A stretch of DNA of 64,000 nucleotides from Azolla caroliniana (Eukaryota > Plantae > Polypodiophyta): NCBI GenBank assembly GCA_043228905.1, contig JBHGNT010000014.1, positions 17,732,001 to 17,796,000 of the forward strand. The letters run 5' to 3'. Position numbers and translations under genes: made by a program. Positions 52,942 to 64,000 of the stretch are shown here, piece after piece. Under the pieces are notes generated by a model. It was not told the DNA's origin and did not search any database. It worked only from the letters and a program-made list of their open reading frames with translations. Numbering within the stretch: the stretch's first letter is position 1; each line of letters begins with the position of its first letter.

Positions 52942-54236
52942 TGTCGCGTTATTACGCGCGTGCGTGTAGAAGGGCGGGACCGCGGGGGTCTTGGACCGAG
53001 GAATAGCTGAGAAGGAGGAGAACGGAAAGGCAGTGAACACACTTGCACACACACAGACGCGGGAGCGCACGGGAATCACAGTCCGACAACACAACAAACG
53101 AGACGACTAGAAGTCTGTGTATATGAACACGTATGTATATAAAAAAAAAAGACAAAGATATATTGAGACGGTTACAACCACAGGCCGGCAAGGCGAACAT
53201 CGACGCCTATTCACTCACATACAGAAGAGCGAGATGGAGACTCTGCGGGAAGCACACGGGTGTTCCTCGGAGCAGAGTCAGCCTCCCGAAAACCTGCCCA
53301 AGCAAATATAGAGAAAGAAGGAGGAGAAGAGCTCGGTCCCAGTCCGACATCACTTTGTCCTCGACAAAAGCCCCCCCTTTTTCATTCCTATCGCGCCGAC
53401 GACTGCTTCAATGGCCCTATCGAGGGCGCCTGCGCCTTCGCGCGCACTCACTATCCGATCCACAGTCGAAGCCATGGCTTCCGCGAGATCCGACCCCTTC
53501 ATCTTTCTATTCCTCTGCCGCTCGTTCACGTCGGGTTCACCAAATATGTCGCGTTATTACGCGCGTGCGTGTAGAAGGGCGGGACCGCGGGGGTCTTGGA
53601 CCGAGGAATAGTTGAGAAGGAGGAGAACGGAAAGGCAGCGGACGCACTTGCACACACACAGACGCGGGAGCACACGGGAATCACAGTCCGACAACACAGC
53701 AAACGAGACGACTAGAAGTCCGTGTATATGAACGCGTATGTATATAAAAAAAAAGACAGATTTATCGAGACGGTTACAACCACAGGCCGGCAAGGCGAAC
53801 ACCGACGCCTGTTCACTCACATACAGAAGAGCGAGATGGAGACTCTGCCGGAAGCACATGGGTGTTCCTCGGAGCAGAGTCAGCCTTCCGAAAACCTGCC
53901 CAAGCAAATATAGAGAAAGAAGGAGGAGAAGAGCTCGGTCCCAGTCCGACAACACTTCGTCCTCGACAAAAGCCCCCCCCTTTTTCATTCCTCTCCCTCT
54001 CTTTTATAGCCCAAGGAGGGAGGCCGTTATCATTCGTTACATCATATTAATTCTCTGTCCTTTCGAACAGAGATACACCTCTATTCTCTCCTTATTGAAT
54101 GCGTGCTACCTAGGATTTCACCTAAGCCGACTTGTACCTAGCTACTTACTATACAACGAAAAGTGTGCTCGCGTGTAAGGGCCGGTTTACACACGCTAAA
54201 CTCGGTTTCCGCCTAGGGACGGTTTTCTTCACGACA
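52942..54236 (-). mobile_element. Internally deleted Gypsy 'G' (F-related): full 5' LTR 53547-54236, PBS 53525-53542, ~110 bp of gag, partial 3' LTR 52942-~53389
   Basis: Duplicated LTR sequence, tRNA-Trp PBS, gag start MKGSDLAEAMASTVDRIVSA matching F gag, and 4-bp TSD CCGT/CTGT. Confidence 0.88.
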
Positions 54237-56848
54237 CTGTGGAGGCGGTCTCTTTCGACGACACCTTGGGAGAGTTAGGGCGGGTGGTCAAAGAAGGCCT
54301 CAGTGAAGATCAGCTCGTCTTGGTTATTTCCGTGGAGATGTACGAAGTCATTGCCGACTTCGGGGAGAGGGTCAGGTCGGATCGGACGACCTGCGTAGAT
54401 GCAAAGCACAAGACCGTGGACTGGAAGGTAAGGCTAGTCGCGACTCCCTTGCCGGAGGTTAGTGGGGAGCGGAAAAAGGGGGGCATGTCGGACCCAAGTT
54501 TAAGGAATCTGGCCGGCATAGGACACCGGTTCACCGACATAACGCTACGAGAGCTCAAGGTCGGTGGGGGTGGCTTTCTACTGCCGGCGGAGGAGGACCA
54601 GTTTCGGTGAATGCTCGAAAGGCACGGGAAGGCCTTCGCATTCGTGCGGGGGGAGATCGGGTGCGTAGACCCGATGATCGTGGAACCAATGGTGATCTTC
54701 ATGGTACCGCATGTGCCGTGGAATTTCAAGCCGATTCCGGTACCTAGAGCTCTCATCCTGAAGTTGATGGAGCTGCTGAAGCAGAAGGTGGAGATGGGCA
54801 TCCTCGAGCTGTCGAGTGCCCGATATTCGAATCGGTGGTTTATCGTGCCAAAGAAGAATGGCACGCTGCACTTCATTCAGGACCTGCAGCCGGTCAACAA
54901 GGTGACCATTCGGACGCAGGTGTCAGACCGACCATTGATGAATTCGCAGAGGCCTTCGTTGGGAGGTCGATCTATTTGGTCGGTGATTTGTACTCGGGGT
55001 ACGATCAGTTCCAATTGGCTGCGGAGAGCAGGGATATCACGACGATGCGGACTCCTCTCGGCCTGGTGCGGATGTGTACCCTACCGCAGGGAGGGACCAA
55101 CTCTGTGGCACACATGGTGAATGCAATGAATAAGGTGCTGAGGGACGGCATCCCGGACATCACAATGCCATTCTTGGACGACATGCCGATAAAGGGGTGC
55201 CCGGTGGAAGAGAAGGATGAGTCGGTTGGGCCGGACGGTTGCCGAAGATTCGTAGTGGACCACATCGGCGATTGCGAGAAGGTGCTTCAAAGACTGGAGG
55301 ACGTGCGGCTCACCTTCTCTAGAGAGAAATTGGCTTTCGGGCGGTCAGAGATCCTAGTGGTTGGGCACTTGTGCGGGCCTTATGGCCGGAAGCCATCTCC
55401 GACAAAGGTAGAAGCCATCTTCGCAATGAAGGAAGAATGCAAGTCGGTTACGTAGGTGCGAAGGTTCCTAGGCGCGTGCACGTTCTAACATATCTGGGTT
55501 CCGCATTATGCACACGTCGCGGAGCCACATTACGGGTTCCTGAAGAAGGGGTGTAAATTCCAGTGGGGCGAGGAGCATGTGGAGTCGGTTAGTAGACTGA
55601 AGGAGGCGCTAACCGCGACACTGACACTCTGGAAAGCGGTTTTCGGGAAGGAAGTCCCAATTTACATTACGGTAGACACGAGCCCGACCGGGATAGGATG
55701 GGTGCTCAACCAGGAGGACGAAACCGGCATGAGGTTCCTCATCTGGTTCGGAGTGAAAGTGCTGAGTGAGCAGCAACGAGGATATGCCCAAGTTAAACGC
55801 GAACTTTGGGGTATCGTTTCGGCGGTCAAGGCCGACAAAGACTACTTGATCGGGACAGAGGTGATAATCGAGACGGACTGTCTACCGATCCTTGGTATGG
55901 TTTCCGGATGCGCGATGCCGGACTTGGCAATGCTCAGGTGGATCGTGTACATTAAGTCTCTGAACTCGAAGATACGGCACATCTCTGGTAAAGACAACGC
56001 CATGGCCGACATGCTTTCTAGAGCACGGTTCGATGACGAGGACGACATGGTTTTGGAGGACGAAGAAGTCGGCGTAGACTTCTTCGAGTCGGCTTATGTG
56101 ATGACAAGGGCGAAAAGCACTTTGGCACTTAACGAGTTGAACGAAGGGGAGTACAACGGGGAGTGGCTCCAGATCGGCAGGTTCCTGAAAACAATGGCGC
56201 CAGACGTGACATGGACAAGGGAAGAGGCTAGCCGGATGCGGAAGAAAGAGTACCATTTCTTCTTGCGGGATGAGAGCATATGGAGGCACCCGAAGAAGCG
56301 AGGCGGAGTCCCACTCTGCGTAGTGGTAGGAAAGGCAGAGCGAGAGGGGTTGCTAGCGGCGTAGCATGAGAGTCCCTAGGCCGGACATCGTGGGACATGT
56401 GGCACATTCGAGAAGCTAAAGGAGAAGTATTGGTGGCCGGGCTTGTACTGGGACGTGCACCGATTCGTGATAACATGCGAAAACTGTCAGTTGCATTCTG
56501 CGATCCGACATCTAGACAAGCTGCACCCAACCTACCTGCCGACCGTTCATTTCAAGTGGATGGTAGACTTAGTAACGATGCCGATGGGGGTAGGGCAGAT
56601 GCGGTACTTGGTGCTTGCGTAGGAGGATTTGACGAATCAGGTGGAGGGCCGCGCCCTACAAAACGAGACGACCGTGGCCGTGTGCCAGTTCCTGATCGAA
56701 GAGGTGGTATGCCAGTATGGGTGTGTAGGGAAGATAGTAGCTGATCGGGGAGAGCTGGATGCATGGGAAGCCGAAGAGTTGTTCGACCGATTAGGGGTTA
56801 AGCTCTCCCTCACTATTGCGTACAACCCGGAGGCTAACAGGAAGGTAG

Positions 56849-59800
56849 TGTTGGGATTTCGGTCCCTCCGGATGGGATGTCCGGAGATGAATGACGACAA
56901 GCCCGGTTGCGGTTACGGAACCGGATGATGAAGAGTACCCGGCATGAAGCCGGATGAAGAGTACCCGGGTACGGATCCGGATGATGAAGACCCCGGTTAC
57001 GGAGCCGGATGATGAATGTACCCGGAGAGAGATCCGGATGCGGGGACATATTTGTGAATATGTTTGCCAAGGGCCCTTGAGGCTACATTTGTAAATAAGC
57101 CCGAAAGTCATATGTGTATAAATATGACTTAGGGCAAACAGTTTTATGTTGTTGCTCAATTTTATGTTTTAGCTGAGAGAGCGAAGTGAGAGCAGCCGAG
57201 AGAGAGAGGGAGAGAGAGAAGAAGAGGTCGTTGCCTCTGTGTATTACCGCCACCTGTGGCGAAGACAGTGAGCTCAAGGTTGTTGCCTTGTAGCTTCACC
57301 ATTGTACATCTCTGTGTATAGTGATAGTTGGAGTTTGACGACTCCCGTGGTTTTTCCCACTTAGGGTTTTCCACGCAAAACAACCTGTGTACTCTTCTCT
57401 CTATAGTCATAGTGCATTTTGTATTTCCTGTTTTCTGGAGTTGATCCTATTCCTCGGTTGTGGCCGAGCACTGTTTTTCAACAATTTGGTATCAGAGCGA
57501 CGGTAACACAGAAAATGGAAGGCGGCGGCAGCGGGCAGCCGGGCATGATGGTGCTGAATGCGCAGAACTACGCCGACTGGAAGATCAAGATGGAAGATCT
57601 CCTGATTGTTCGGGACCTGTACGAACCGATTGACAGGTCGGAAATACCGAAGGGAGTACTTGAGTCGGAGTGGAAGCTCTTGAACCGGAAAGCCGTAGCG
57701 ACGATCCGACAATATGTCGATGTAAGCGTCCTACAACATGTGGCGAACGACACCAACGCATATGAGATGTGGAAGAAGCTGTCGGGCCTCTACGAGAGGA
57801 AGAATGCGTTGAACCGGACCTCCCTGATGAGGAAGATAGTGAACCTCAAGTACCGGGACGGCGAGAGCATGGTGGAACACGTAAGCACGTTCATGGGATT
57901 CGTGAACCAGCTTGCGGCGATCAAGTTCCCGTTGGAGGATGCAATGCAAGCCATCATCCTGATGTGTACATTGCCGGACAGCTGGGAGAACTTGGTGGTG
58001 ACTCTCAGCACCTCCTGCACGGAAGATAACTTGTCCTTACAAACGGTAAAGACAAGTATTTTGAACGAAGAAGCGCGTCGGAGAGATAAAGAACCGGCCT
58101 CCGACTCGAAGGCGCTGCTTACCGAATCGGAACGGGGAAGACAATGGAACCGGAGTCCGCAAAGACGGGAGAAGTCGGGAACCCGGTCGCAGTCAAGAGG
58201 AAGGCCCACATGCTTCCACTGTGGGAAGCCGGGGCACTTCCGGAAGAATTGTCGGCATTACCGAAAGGACAACGGAGCCGACGACACCGATTCGAAGAAG
58301 TCACCGGAGAGAAACGGTGCATACCGGGGAGCCACGGACCGGAGAGGTCCGGATCGGCGAGGGCAGGACCGGAAAGGAACGACGGCACTCGCGGCAAGTG
58401 AAGAAGAGATAATGCTCATTACCGAAGAGAGGGAGCTGAATCTTGCCGGTGTAGAGATGACCTGGGTGGTCGATTCCGGAGCGTCGTTCCACCTGACCCC
58501 GGAGAAGAAATACTTCTCATCCTACACAGCCGGTGAGCATGGCTGTGTCCGGATGGGAAATGAAGGTACATGCCGGATTGCCGGCATAGGAGACGTGTGG
58601 CTGATGACATCAACCGGATGCAAGATGCTGCTGAAGGATGTACGACACGTTCCGGAGGTTCGATTGAACCTGATTTCGGCCGGGAGGCTAGACGATGAAG
58701 GCTACACGGGTAGCATCCGGAACGGCATCATGAAGTTTAGCAAGGGGAGCCTGATAGTGGCTCGGGCCCGGAAAGTCAACACACTGTACCTTATGAATGC
58801 CCGGTTGTGTCCGGAAGAGTTGAACGTGGCAGCCGACACTGCCGGTGAGCTGTGGCACAAAAGACTGTGCCACATGAGTGAGAAGGGGATGAAGAGGCTT
58901 GCAGAAGACAACCTTATTCCAGTGAAGCATGTGCACCTGGAGAAGTGCACCGACTGCCTGGCCGGTAAGCAGAACCGAGCCTCCTTCCACTCAAGACCAC
59001 CGACGAGACGTAGCGCACCATTGGAGTTGGTGCACACTGACGTGTGTCAAGTAGAAACGAAGTCACATGGCGGAGCCCAGTACTTCGTGACATTCATTGA
59101 TGACCACAGCCGGAAGCTGTGGACGGCACCGTTGAAGACAAAGGACCAAGTATTGTCCGTCTTCAAAGAACTCCACGCGAGAGTGGAAAGAGAATCCGGC
59201 AAGAAGCTGAAAGCGATACGAGCGGATAACGGAGGGGAATACCGGGGGCAGTTCGAGGAGTACTGTCGCTCGAAGGGAATCCGGCTCGAGTTCACTGTGC
59301 CGAAGACGCCGGAACTGAACGGGCTGGCCGAGAGGATGAACCGGACCATAATGGAGAGGGTCCGGAGTATGCTGGCGCATGCGAAATTACCCAAGGGGTT
59401 TTGGGCTGAGGCAATGTCGACGGCGACATACGTGATAAATAGATCACCCTCAGTGCCTCTGGACGGAGACACGCCACAGAGAGTGTGGACCGGTAGGGAA
59501 GTATCCTACCGGCATCTGAAGGTGTTCGGGTGTCTCGCATACGTGCATGTGGCAAAGGACCGGAGAGGAAAGTTAGATCCAAAGACCCGGCCATGCATAT
59601 TCCTCGGTTACGGCGACGACGAGTTCGGCTACCGAGTATGGGACCCGGTCGACAAGAAGATATTCAGGAGTCGAGATATCATCTTCATGGAGGACAAGAC
59701 ACTCGCCGACTGGGAGTCGGAGAAGAAGATGAAGAGCTCCAAGTCGACCGGTGAGGATAAACTCTACGAGGAGCAGTCCCGACCGGTAAGGGACCGGTTA

Positions 59801-62233
59801 ACACTCGAAGATCCGGCCGAAGACGGTGAAGAAACAGAACCGGCCGAAGAAGATGAAAATGATACCGGAACCGGCCCCGATCCCGAAATGGATTCGGATG
59901 AAGAGGAAACGGAGGAGCCGGTTACCGAAGCTCCGGAACGGAGATATCCTCTAAGAGAGAGAAGGGCCCCCCGGAGATTTCCGGAACCAGAGCACGTGCT
60001 GCTAACCGACGAGGGGGAGCCGGAGAGCTTTGAAGAAGCGAAGCATGACACCCATAGCCGCAGGTGGCTAAGTGCCATGCAGGAGGAGATGGATTCCCTG
60101 CATGAGAACCACACATATGAACTTGTGGAGTTGCCGAAAGGAAAACGGGCACTCCGTAACAAGTGGGTGTTCAAGCTGAAACCGGGAGACGCCGGAAACC
60201 CCCCGAGATACAAAGCCAGGATCGTGGTGAAGGGGTTCCAACAGAAGAAGGGCGTCGACTTCGACGAGATATTTGCCCCGGTAGTGAAGATGACCTCTAT
60301 CCGGACGGTGCTGAGCATAGCGGCAAGCATGGACCTCGAGGTAGAACAGATGGACGTGAAGACGGCATTCCTTCACGGTGACCTCGAAGAAGAGATATAC
60401 ATGCAGCAACCGGAAGGATTCGAGAAGAAAGAGAAGGAGCACTTGGTATGCCGGTTGAAGAAGAGCCTTTATGGTTTGAAGCAGGCTCCTCGGCAGTGGT
60501 ACCGAAAGTTCGACTCCTTCATGACCGACGAAGGGTACCACAAAACGCAGTCCGATCACTGCGTGTTTGTGAAGAAGTTCGAAGGAGGAGACTCTCTAAT
60601 ACTTCTCCTATACGTGGATGACATGTTGATCGTCGGACGGGACCAGGTCAAGATACGGATGCTGAAGAAGGCTCTTCACCGAACCTTCTCAATGAAGGAC
60701 CTGGGTCCGGCGAGACAAATACTAGGGATGCACATCATCCGGGACCGGAAGAAGAAGCAGTTGTGGCTGTCACAGGAGAAGTACGTGACAAAGGTGCTTC
60801 AACGGTTCAACATGTCGGAAGCAAGACCGGTCGGGTCAACACTCCCGGCGAACTGCAAGTTGTCCAGCAAGCAAAGCCCCAAGACAAAGGCTGAGAAAGA
60901 GGACATGATGAAAGTACCATATGCCTCTGCCGTCGGAAGCTTGATGTACGCAATGGTGTGTACAAGACCGGACATAGGATACGCAGTCGGAGTGGTGAGC
61001 CGGTACATGAGCAATCCCGGCAAAGAGCACTGGAACGCGGTCAAGTGGATACTCCGATACCTGAAGGGCACGGCAAACGTGTGCCTCCGATTCGGCTCCG
61101 GTAAGCCCGAACTCGACGGCTTCACCGATTCGGATATGTCGGCAGATGCAGATACCAGCCGATCCACATCAGGGTATGTGATGACGTATGCAGGGGGAGC
61201 TGTTTCATGGCAGTCGAGGCTGCAGAAGACGGTTGCGTTGTCAACCACGGAGGCGGAGTACATGGCGGCCGTTGAAGCCGGCAAGGAAATAATATGGATG
61301 AAGGACTTCATTAGAGAGCTCGGTATCCGGCAGGAGGAGTACCGACTCTACTGCGACAGTCAGAGTGCCATCCACCTTGCGAAGAACGCGGCCTATCACT
61401 CCCGGACGAAGCACATCCAGCGAAGATATCACTGGATCCGGGAAAGGATAGAAGACAAAGAGTTCGTGCTGACGAAGATCCACACGGACGAGAACGGCTC
61501 AGATATGTTGACCAAAGTGCTCACACCCGACAAGCTGGAAGCATGCCGGAAGAGGATCGGATTGGAGAGACATCCCATGCCGAAGTGAAGGGGGAGTTTG
61601 TTGGGATTTCGGTCCCTCCGGATGGGATGTCCGGAGATGAATGACGACAAGCCCGGTTGCGGTTACGGAACCGGATGATGAAGAGTACCCGGCATGAAGC
61701 CGGATGAAGAGTACCCGGATACGGATCCGGATGATGAAGACCCCGGTTACGGAGCCGGATGATGAATGTACCCGGAGAGAGATCCGGATGCGGGGACATA
61801 TTTGTGAATATGTTTGCGAAGGGCCCTTGAGGCTACATTTGTAAATAAGCCCGAAAGTCATATGTGTATAAATATGACTTAGGGCAAACAGTTTTATGTT
61901 GTTGCTCAATTTTATGTTTTAGCTGAGAGAGCGAAGTGAGAGCAGCCGAGAGAGAGAGGGAGAGAGAGAAGAAGAGGTCGTTGCCTCTGTGTATTACCGC
62001 CGCCTGTGGCGAAGACAGTGAGCTCAAGGTTGTTGCCTTGTAGCTTCACCATTGTACATCTCTGTGTATAGTGATAGTTGGAGTTTGACGACTCCCGTGG
62101 TTTTTCCCACTTAGGGTTTTCCACGCAAAACAACCTGTGTACTCTTCTCTCTATAGTCATAGTGCATTTTGTATTTCCTGTTTTCTGGAGTTGATCCTAT
62201 TCCTCGGTTGTGGCCGAGCACTGTTTTTCAACA
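56849..62233 (+). mobile_element. Intact young Copia 'H' (Tnt1/Tork-like) inserted in the integrase of F
   Basis: 635-bp LTRs at 56849-57483 and 61599-62233 with ~3 mismatches. Perfect TSD GGTAG. iMet PBS at 57487. PPT GAAGGGGGAG at ~61587-61596. Confidence 0.97.
57515..61588 (+). CDS. Copia gag-pol polyprotein (1357 aa): gag, CCHC knuckle, protease, integrase, RT, RNase H
   Basis: Uninterrupted ORF from ATG 57515 with CFHCGKPGHFRKNC, WVVDSGAS, LWHKRLCH, HTDVC/RADNGGEY/NGLAERMN, LYVDDM and FTDSD...STTEAEY. Confidence 0.96.
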   Translation: MEGGGSGQPGMMVLNAQNYADWKIKMEDLLIVRDLYEPIDRSEIPKGVLESEWKLLNRKAVATIRQYVDVSVLQHVANDTNAYEMWKKLSGLYERKNALNRTSLMRKIVNLKYRDGESMVEHVSTFMGFVNQLAAIKFPLEDAMQAIILMCTLPDSWENLVVTLSTSCTEDNLSLQTVKTSILNEEARRRDKEPASDSKALLTESERGRQWNRSPQRREKSGTRSQSRGRPTCFHCGKPGHFRKNCRHYRKDNGADDTDSKKSPERNGAYRGATDRRGPDRRGQDRKGTTALAASEEEIMLITEERELNLAGVEMTWVVDSGASFHLTPEKKYFSSYTAGEHGCVRMGNEGTCRIAGIGDVWLMTSTGCKMLLKDVRHVPEVRLNLISAGRLDDEGYTGSIRNGIMKFSKGSLIVARARKVNTLYLMNARLCPEELNVAADTAGELWHKRLCHMSEKGMKRLAEDNLIPVKHVHLEKCTDCLAGKQNRASFHSRPPTRRSAPLELVHTDVCQVETKSHGGAQYFVTFIDDHSRKLWTAPLKTKDQVLSVFKELHARVERESGKKLKAIRADNGGEYRGQFEEYCRSKGIRLEFTVPKTPELNGLAERMNRTIMERVRSMLAHAKLPKGFWAEAMSTATYVINRSPSVPLDGDTPQRVWTGREVSYRHLKVFGCLAYVHVAKDRRGKLDPKTRPCIFLGYGDDEFGYRVWDPVDKKIFRSRDIIFMEDKTLADWESEKKMKSSKSTGEDKLYEEQSRPVRDRLTLEDPAEDGEETEPAEEDENDTGTGPDPEMDSDEEETEEPVTEAPERRYPLRERRAPRRFPEPEHVLLTDEGEPESFEEAKHDTHSRRWLSAMQEEMDSLHENHTYELVELPKGKRALRNKWVFKLKPGDAGNPPRYKARIVVKGFQQKKGVDFDEIFAPVVKMTSIRTVLSIAASMDLEVEQMDVKTAFLHGDLEEEIYMQQPEGFEKKEKEHLVCRLKKSLYGLKQAPRQWYRKFDSFMTDEGYHKTQSDHCVFVKKFEGGDSLILLLYVDDMLIVGRDQVKIRMLKKALHRTFSMKDLGPARQILGMHIIRDRKKKQLWLSQEKYVTKVLQRFNMSEARPVGSTLPANCKLSSKQSPKTKAEKEDMMKVPYASAVGSLMYAMVCTRPDIGYAVGVVSRYMSNPGKEHWNAVKWILRYLKGTANVCLRFGSGKPELDGFTDSDMSADADTSRSTSGYVMTYAGGAVSWQSRLQKTVALSTTEAEYMAAVEAGKEIIWMKDFIRELGIRQEEYRLYCDSQSAIHLAKNAAYHSRTKHIQRRYHWIRERIEDKEFVLTKIHTDENGSDMLTKVLTPDKLEACRKRIGLERHPMPK

Positions 62234-62615
62234 GGTAGAGCGCGGGCATGGGCCGCTTGTTAAGGCATTAGTACGCGCATGCGAAGGTCAAGTTGGGAGT
62301 TGGTCGAGGCTCCTACCTTACGCACTATGGGCGAACCGAACTACGCATAGTTCGGTGACCGGGTTAATGCCGACGGAGCTGATGTACGGGCAGAAGCCGA
62401 TCATGCCGGTGGAGCGGACGATTTCTTCCTGGGCAGTGGTGGATTGGAAGGACGAGATGAGCCGGGAGGAACTGTTGGCAGCGAGGATTCGACAACTCGA
62501 GCGAAGATTGGAGGACGTGGAATGGGCTAAGGCGAGGCTGTACGCGGCGAGGGTGAGGAATAAGGGCCGGTTCGACCGAAGAAGATCGAGGAAGGTGATT
62601 GGGTGTTGGTTTATG

Positions 62616-62975
62616 ACAACAACCTCGACAATCAGTAGAAGGCGACGCGGAAGTTTGCGAGGAGGTGGTTTGGGCCCTATACCGTAACGAGCGCAAACGA
62701 CAATGGTACTTACCACCTTGCGAAGCTCGACGCGACACAACAGCCTCGACAATCAGTAGAAGGCGATGCGGAAGTTTGTGAGGAGGTGGTTCGGGCCCTA
62801 TACCATAACAAGCGCAAACAATAATGGTACTTACCACCTTGCGGAGCTCGACGCGACACAATAGCCTCGACAATCAACAGAAGGCGACGTGGAAGTTTGC
62901 AAGGAGGTGGTTCGGGCTCTATACCGTAACGAGCGCAAACGACAATGGTACTTACCACCTCGTGGAGCTCGACAC
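62616..62975 (+). repeat. Triplicated 121-bp segment of the F integrase GPY region
   Basis: CCTCGACAATCA...TTACCACCT...GCTCGAC recurs at 62623, 62744 and 62865. Confidence 0.9.
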
Positions 62976-63891
62976 GACGCGGATAGCGGTGCTGGTAGCC
63001 GGGAAGAGGATCAAGGATTTCAAGAAGCAGCATGAAGACGAGCTGGACCCGGGAAGCGAGGACGACGATGACAACCGGTTCGAAGCGGGTGAAGTTTCGG
63101 AGAGCGACGGTTGACCGCGAGCCGGTTTTCTCCAACATTTGTCCTACTATGGCACATGCTGGTGGATGTGCGGTTTGGTGGGGGTGGATGTCGTGAAGAA
63201 AACCGCCCTTAGGCAAAATCGGTGAAAAAGGGGTATGAACCGGCCCTTACGCGCGGGCACAAGTATTGAGATGGTGTACATAATTAACAATAGGCCGGCG
63301 TGATGTGCATATCCTTGGAAGGGTGTAATAATAAGCTAGTAAATCGAAGCGGATCTCTGTCCGAAGGGACAAAGAATAAAGGTAATGCGACAGGATGTAA
63401 CGGTTCCCCCCGACAGCCTATAAAAGGGGAGGGGAGAAGAAAGAAGAGATATCGCGTTTTGGCTAGGACAAGGTGCTGTCGGACTGGGAACCGAGCTCTT
63501 TCATCTGTCATTGTTTTCTGTAGGTTCTAAGTTAGTTGCCTCTGCTTCGAGGAAAGCCGTGTGCCTTCCGACAAGGCTCTATTGCGTGTGTGCATGGGTG
63601 TGTGGTTATCTGGGTTGGGTCTGTCGTTGGCTATCCGGTTCTAATCTTGCAAATAGTGTAACCTTTTTTGTTGTAAGAATCGAATATGTTGTTTTCCCTC
63701 TCTCTATGTTTCTGTGAGTCTCTCTTTTACACGAGTGTGCATCTTGTTCAGTTACGCGTTAGCGGTTCATTCGGCCCGTAAGCGTTGTTAGTGGCAAACA
63801 GGCCTACGCTTGTGCTTCTCTCCCTTGCTCCTCCGTTCAGGGCCCCCACGGTCCCGCCTTATTTCCTACGCGAAAGCGGAACAACATGACA

Positions 63892-64000
63892 TAATTTGGT
63901 GAACCCGACGTGAAAGAAGGCGGCAAAGGAGTTGAAGATGAGGGGATCGGAGCTCGTCGAGGCTATGGCGGCAATAGTCGATCGGATAGTAAGTGCTCGC
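63892..64000 (+). mobile_element. Start of a second F-family internal region sharing the 63189-63891 LTR
   Basis: PBS TGGTGAACCCGACGTGAA at 63897 and gag start MRGSELVEAMAAIVDRIVSA, with no TSD after the LTR. Confidence 0.9.

Larger units (their letters stand above)
49228..63891 (+). mobile_element. Gypsy 'F' (tRNA-Trp-primed, related to E), degenerate gag-PR-RT-RH-INT; LTRs 49228-49942 and 63189-63891
   Basis: PBS TGGTGAACCCGACGTGAA at 49948. Gag from ATG 49989 with knuckle CMWCDAVGH...C. Protease ALIDLGS ~51720. RT PFLDDMPIKG, RH VDTSPTGIG, integrase split by H. PPT GGTGGGGGTGGA before 63189. Many in-frame stops. Confidence 0.92.

Noticed and set aside
57568-61483. Many antisense or alternate-frame ORFs over the GC-rich pol genes
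   Set aside because: They are shadow ORFs expected from codon bias, with no independent motifs.

Overview
Eukaryotic land-plant nuclear DNA, probably from a non-seed plant (inferred from Tcn1-type chromovirus and tRNA-Trp-primed Gypsy families). The first ~14 kb holds two host genes on the minus strand. One is the first coding exon of an LRR protein of the STK11IP-like/'outer arm dynein light chain 1' family, whose intron contains a decayed LINE split by a solo LTR. The other is a complete two-exon LRR-III inactive receptor-like kinase (RLK902/RKL1/At2g26730 type, 658 aa). From ~20 kb onward the window is a nested LTR-retrotransposon pile. It includes a non-autonomous LTR element with a 48-bp tandem array and a Tcn1-like chromovirus. 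A microsatellite-embedded tRNA-Ala-primed Gypsy (26089-46474) hosts a Copia, two complementary-deleted tRNA-Trp-primed Gypsies and a poly(A)-tailed insert carrying a rhamnogalacturonan-lyase-like fragment. A second tRNA-Trp Gypsy (49228-63891) hosts a solo LTR, a deleted relative and an intact young Tnt1-like Copia, and its 3' LTR is shared with a further copy. The most notable signals are (1) a tRNA-like Pol III A/B-box module, always antisense, inside LTRs of two unrelated Gypsy lineages and also as a free-standing (GA)n-inserted element, and (2) the retroposed host-gene fragment inside the Gypsy gag-pol. All coordinates and mismatch counts were read by eye and should be confirmed by alignment.
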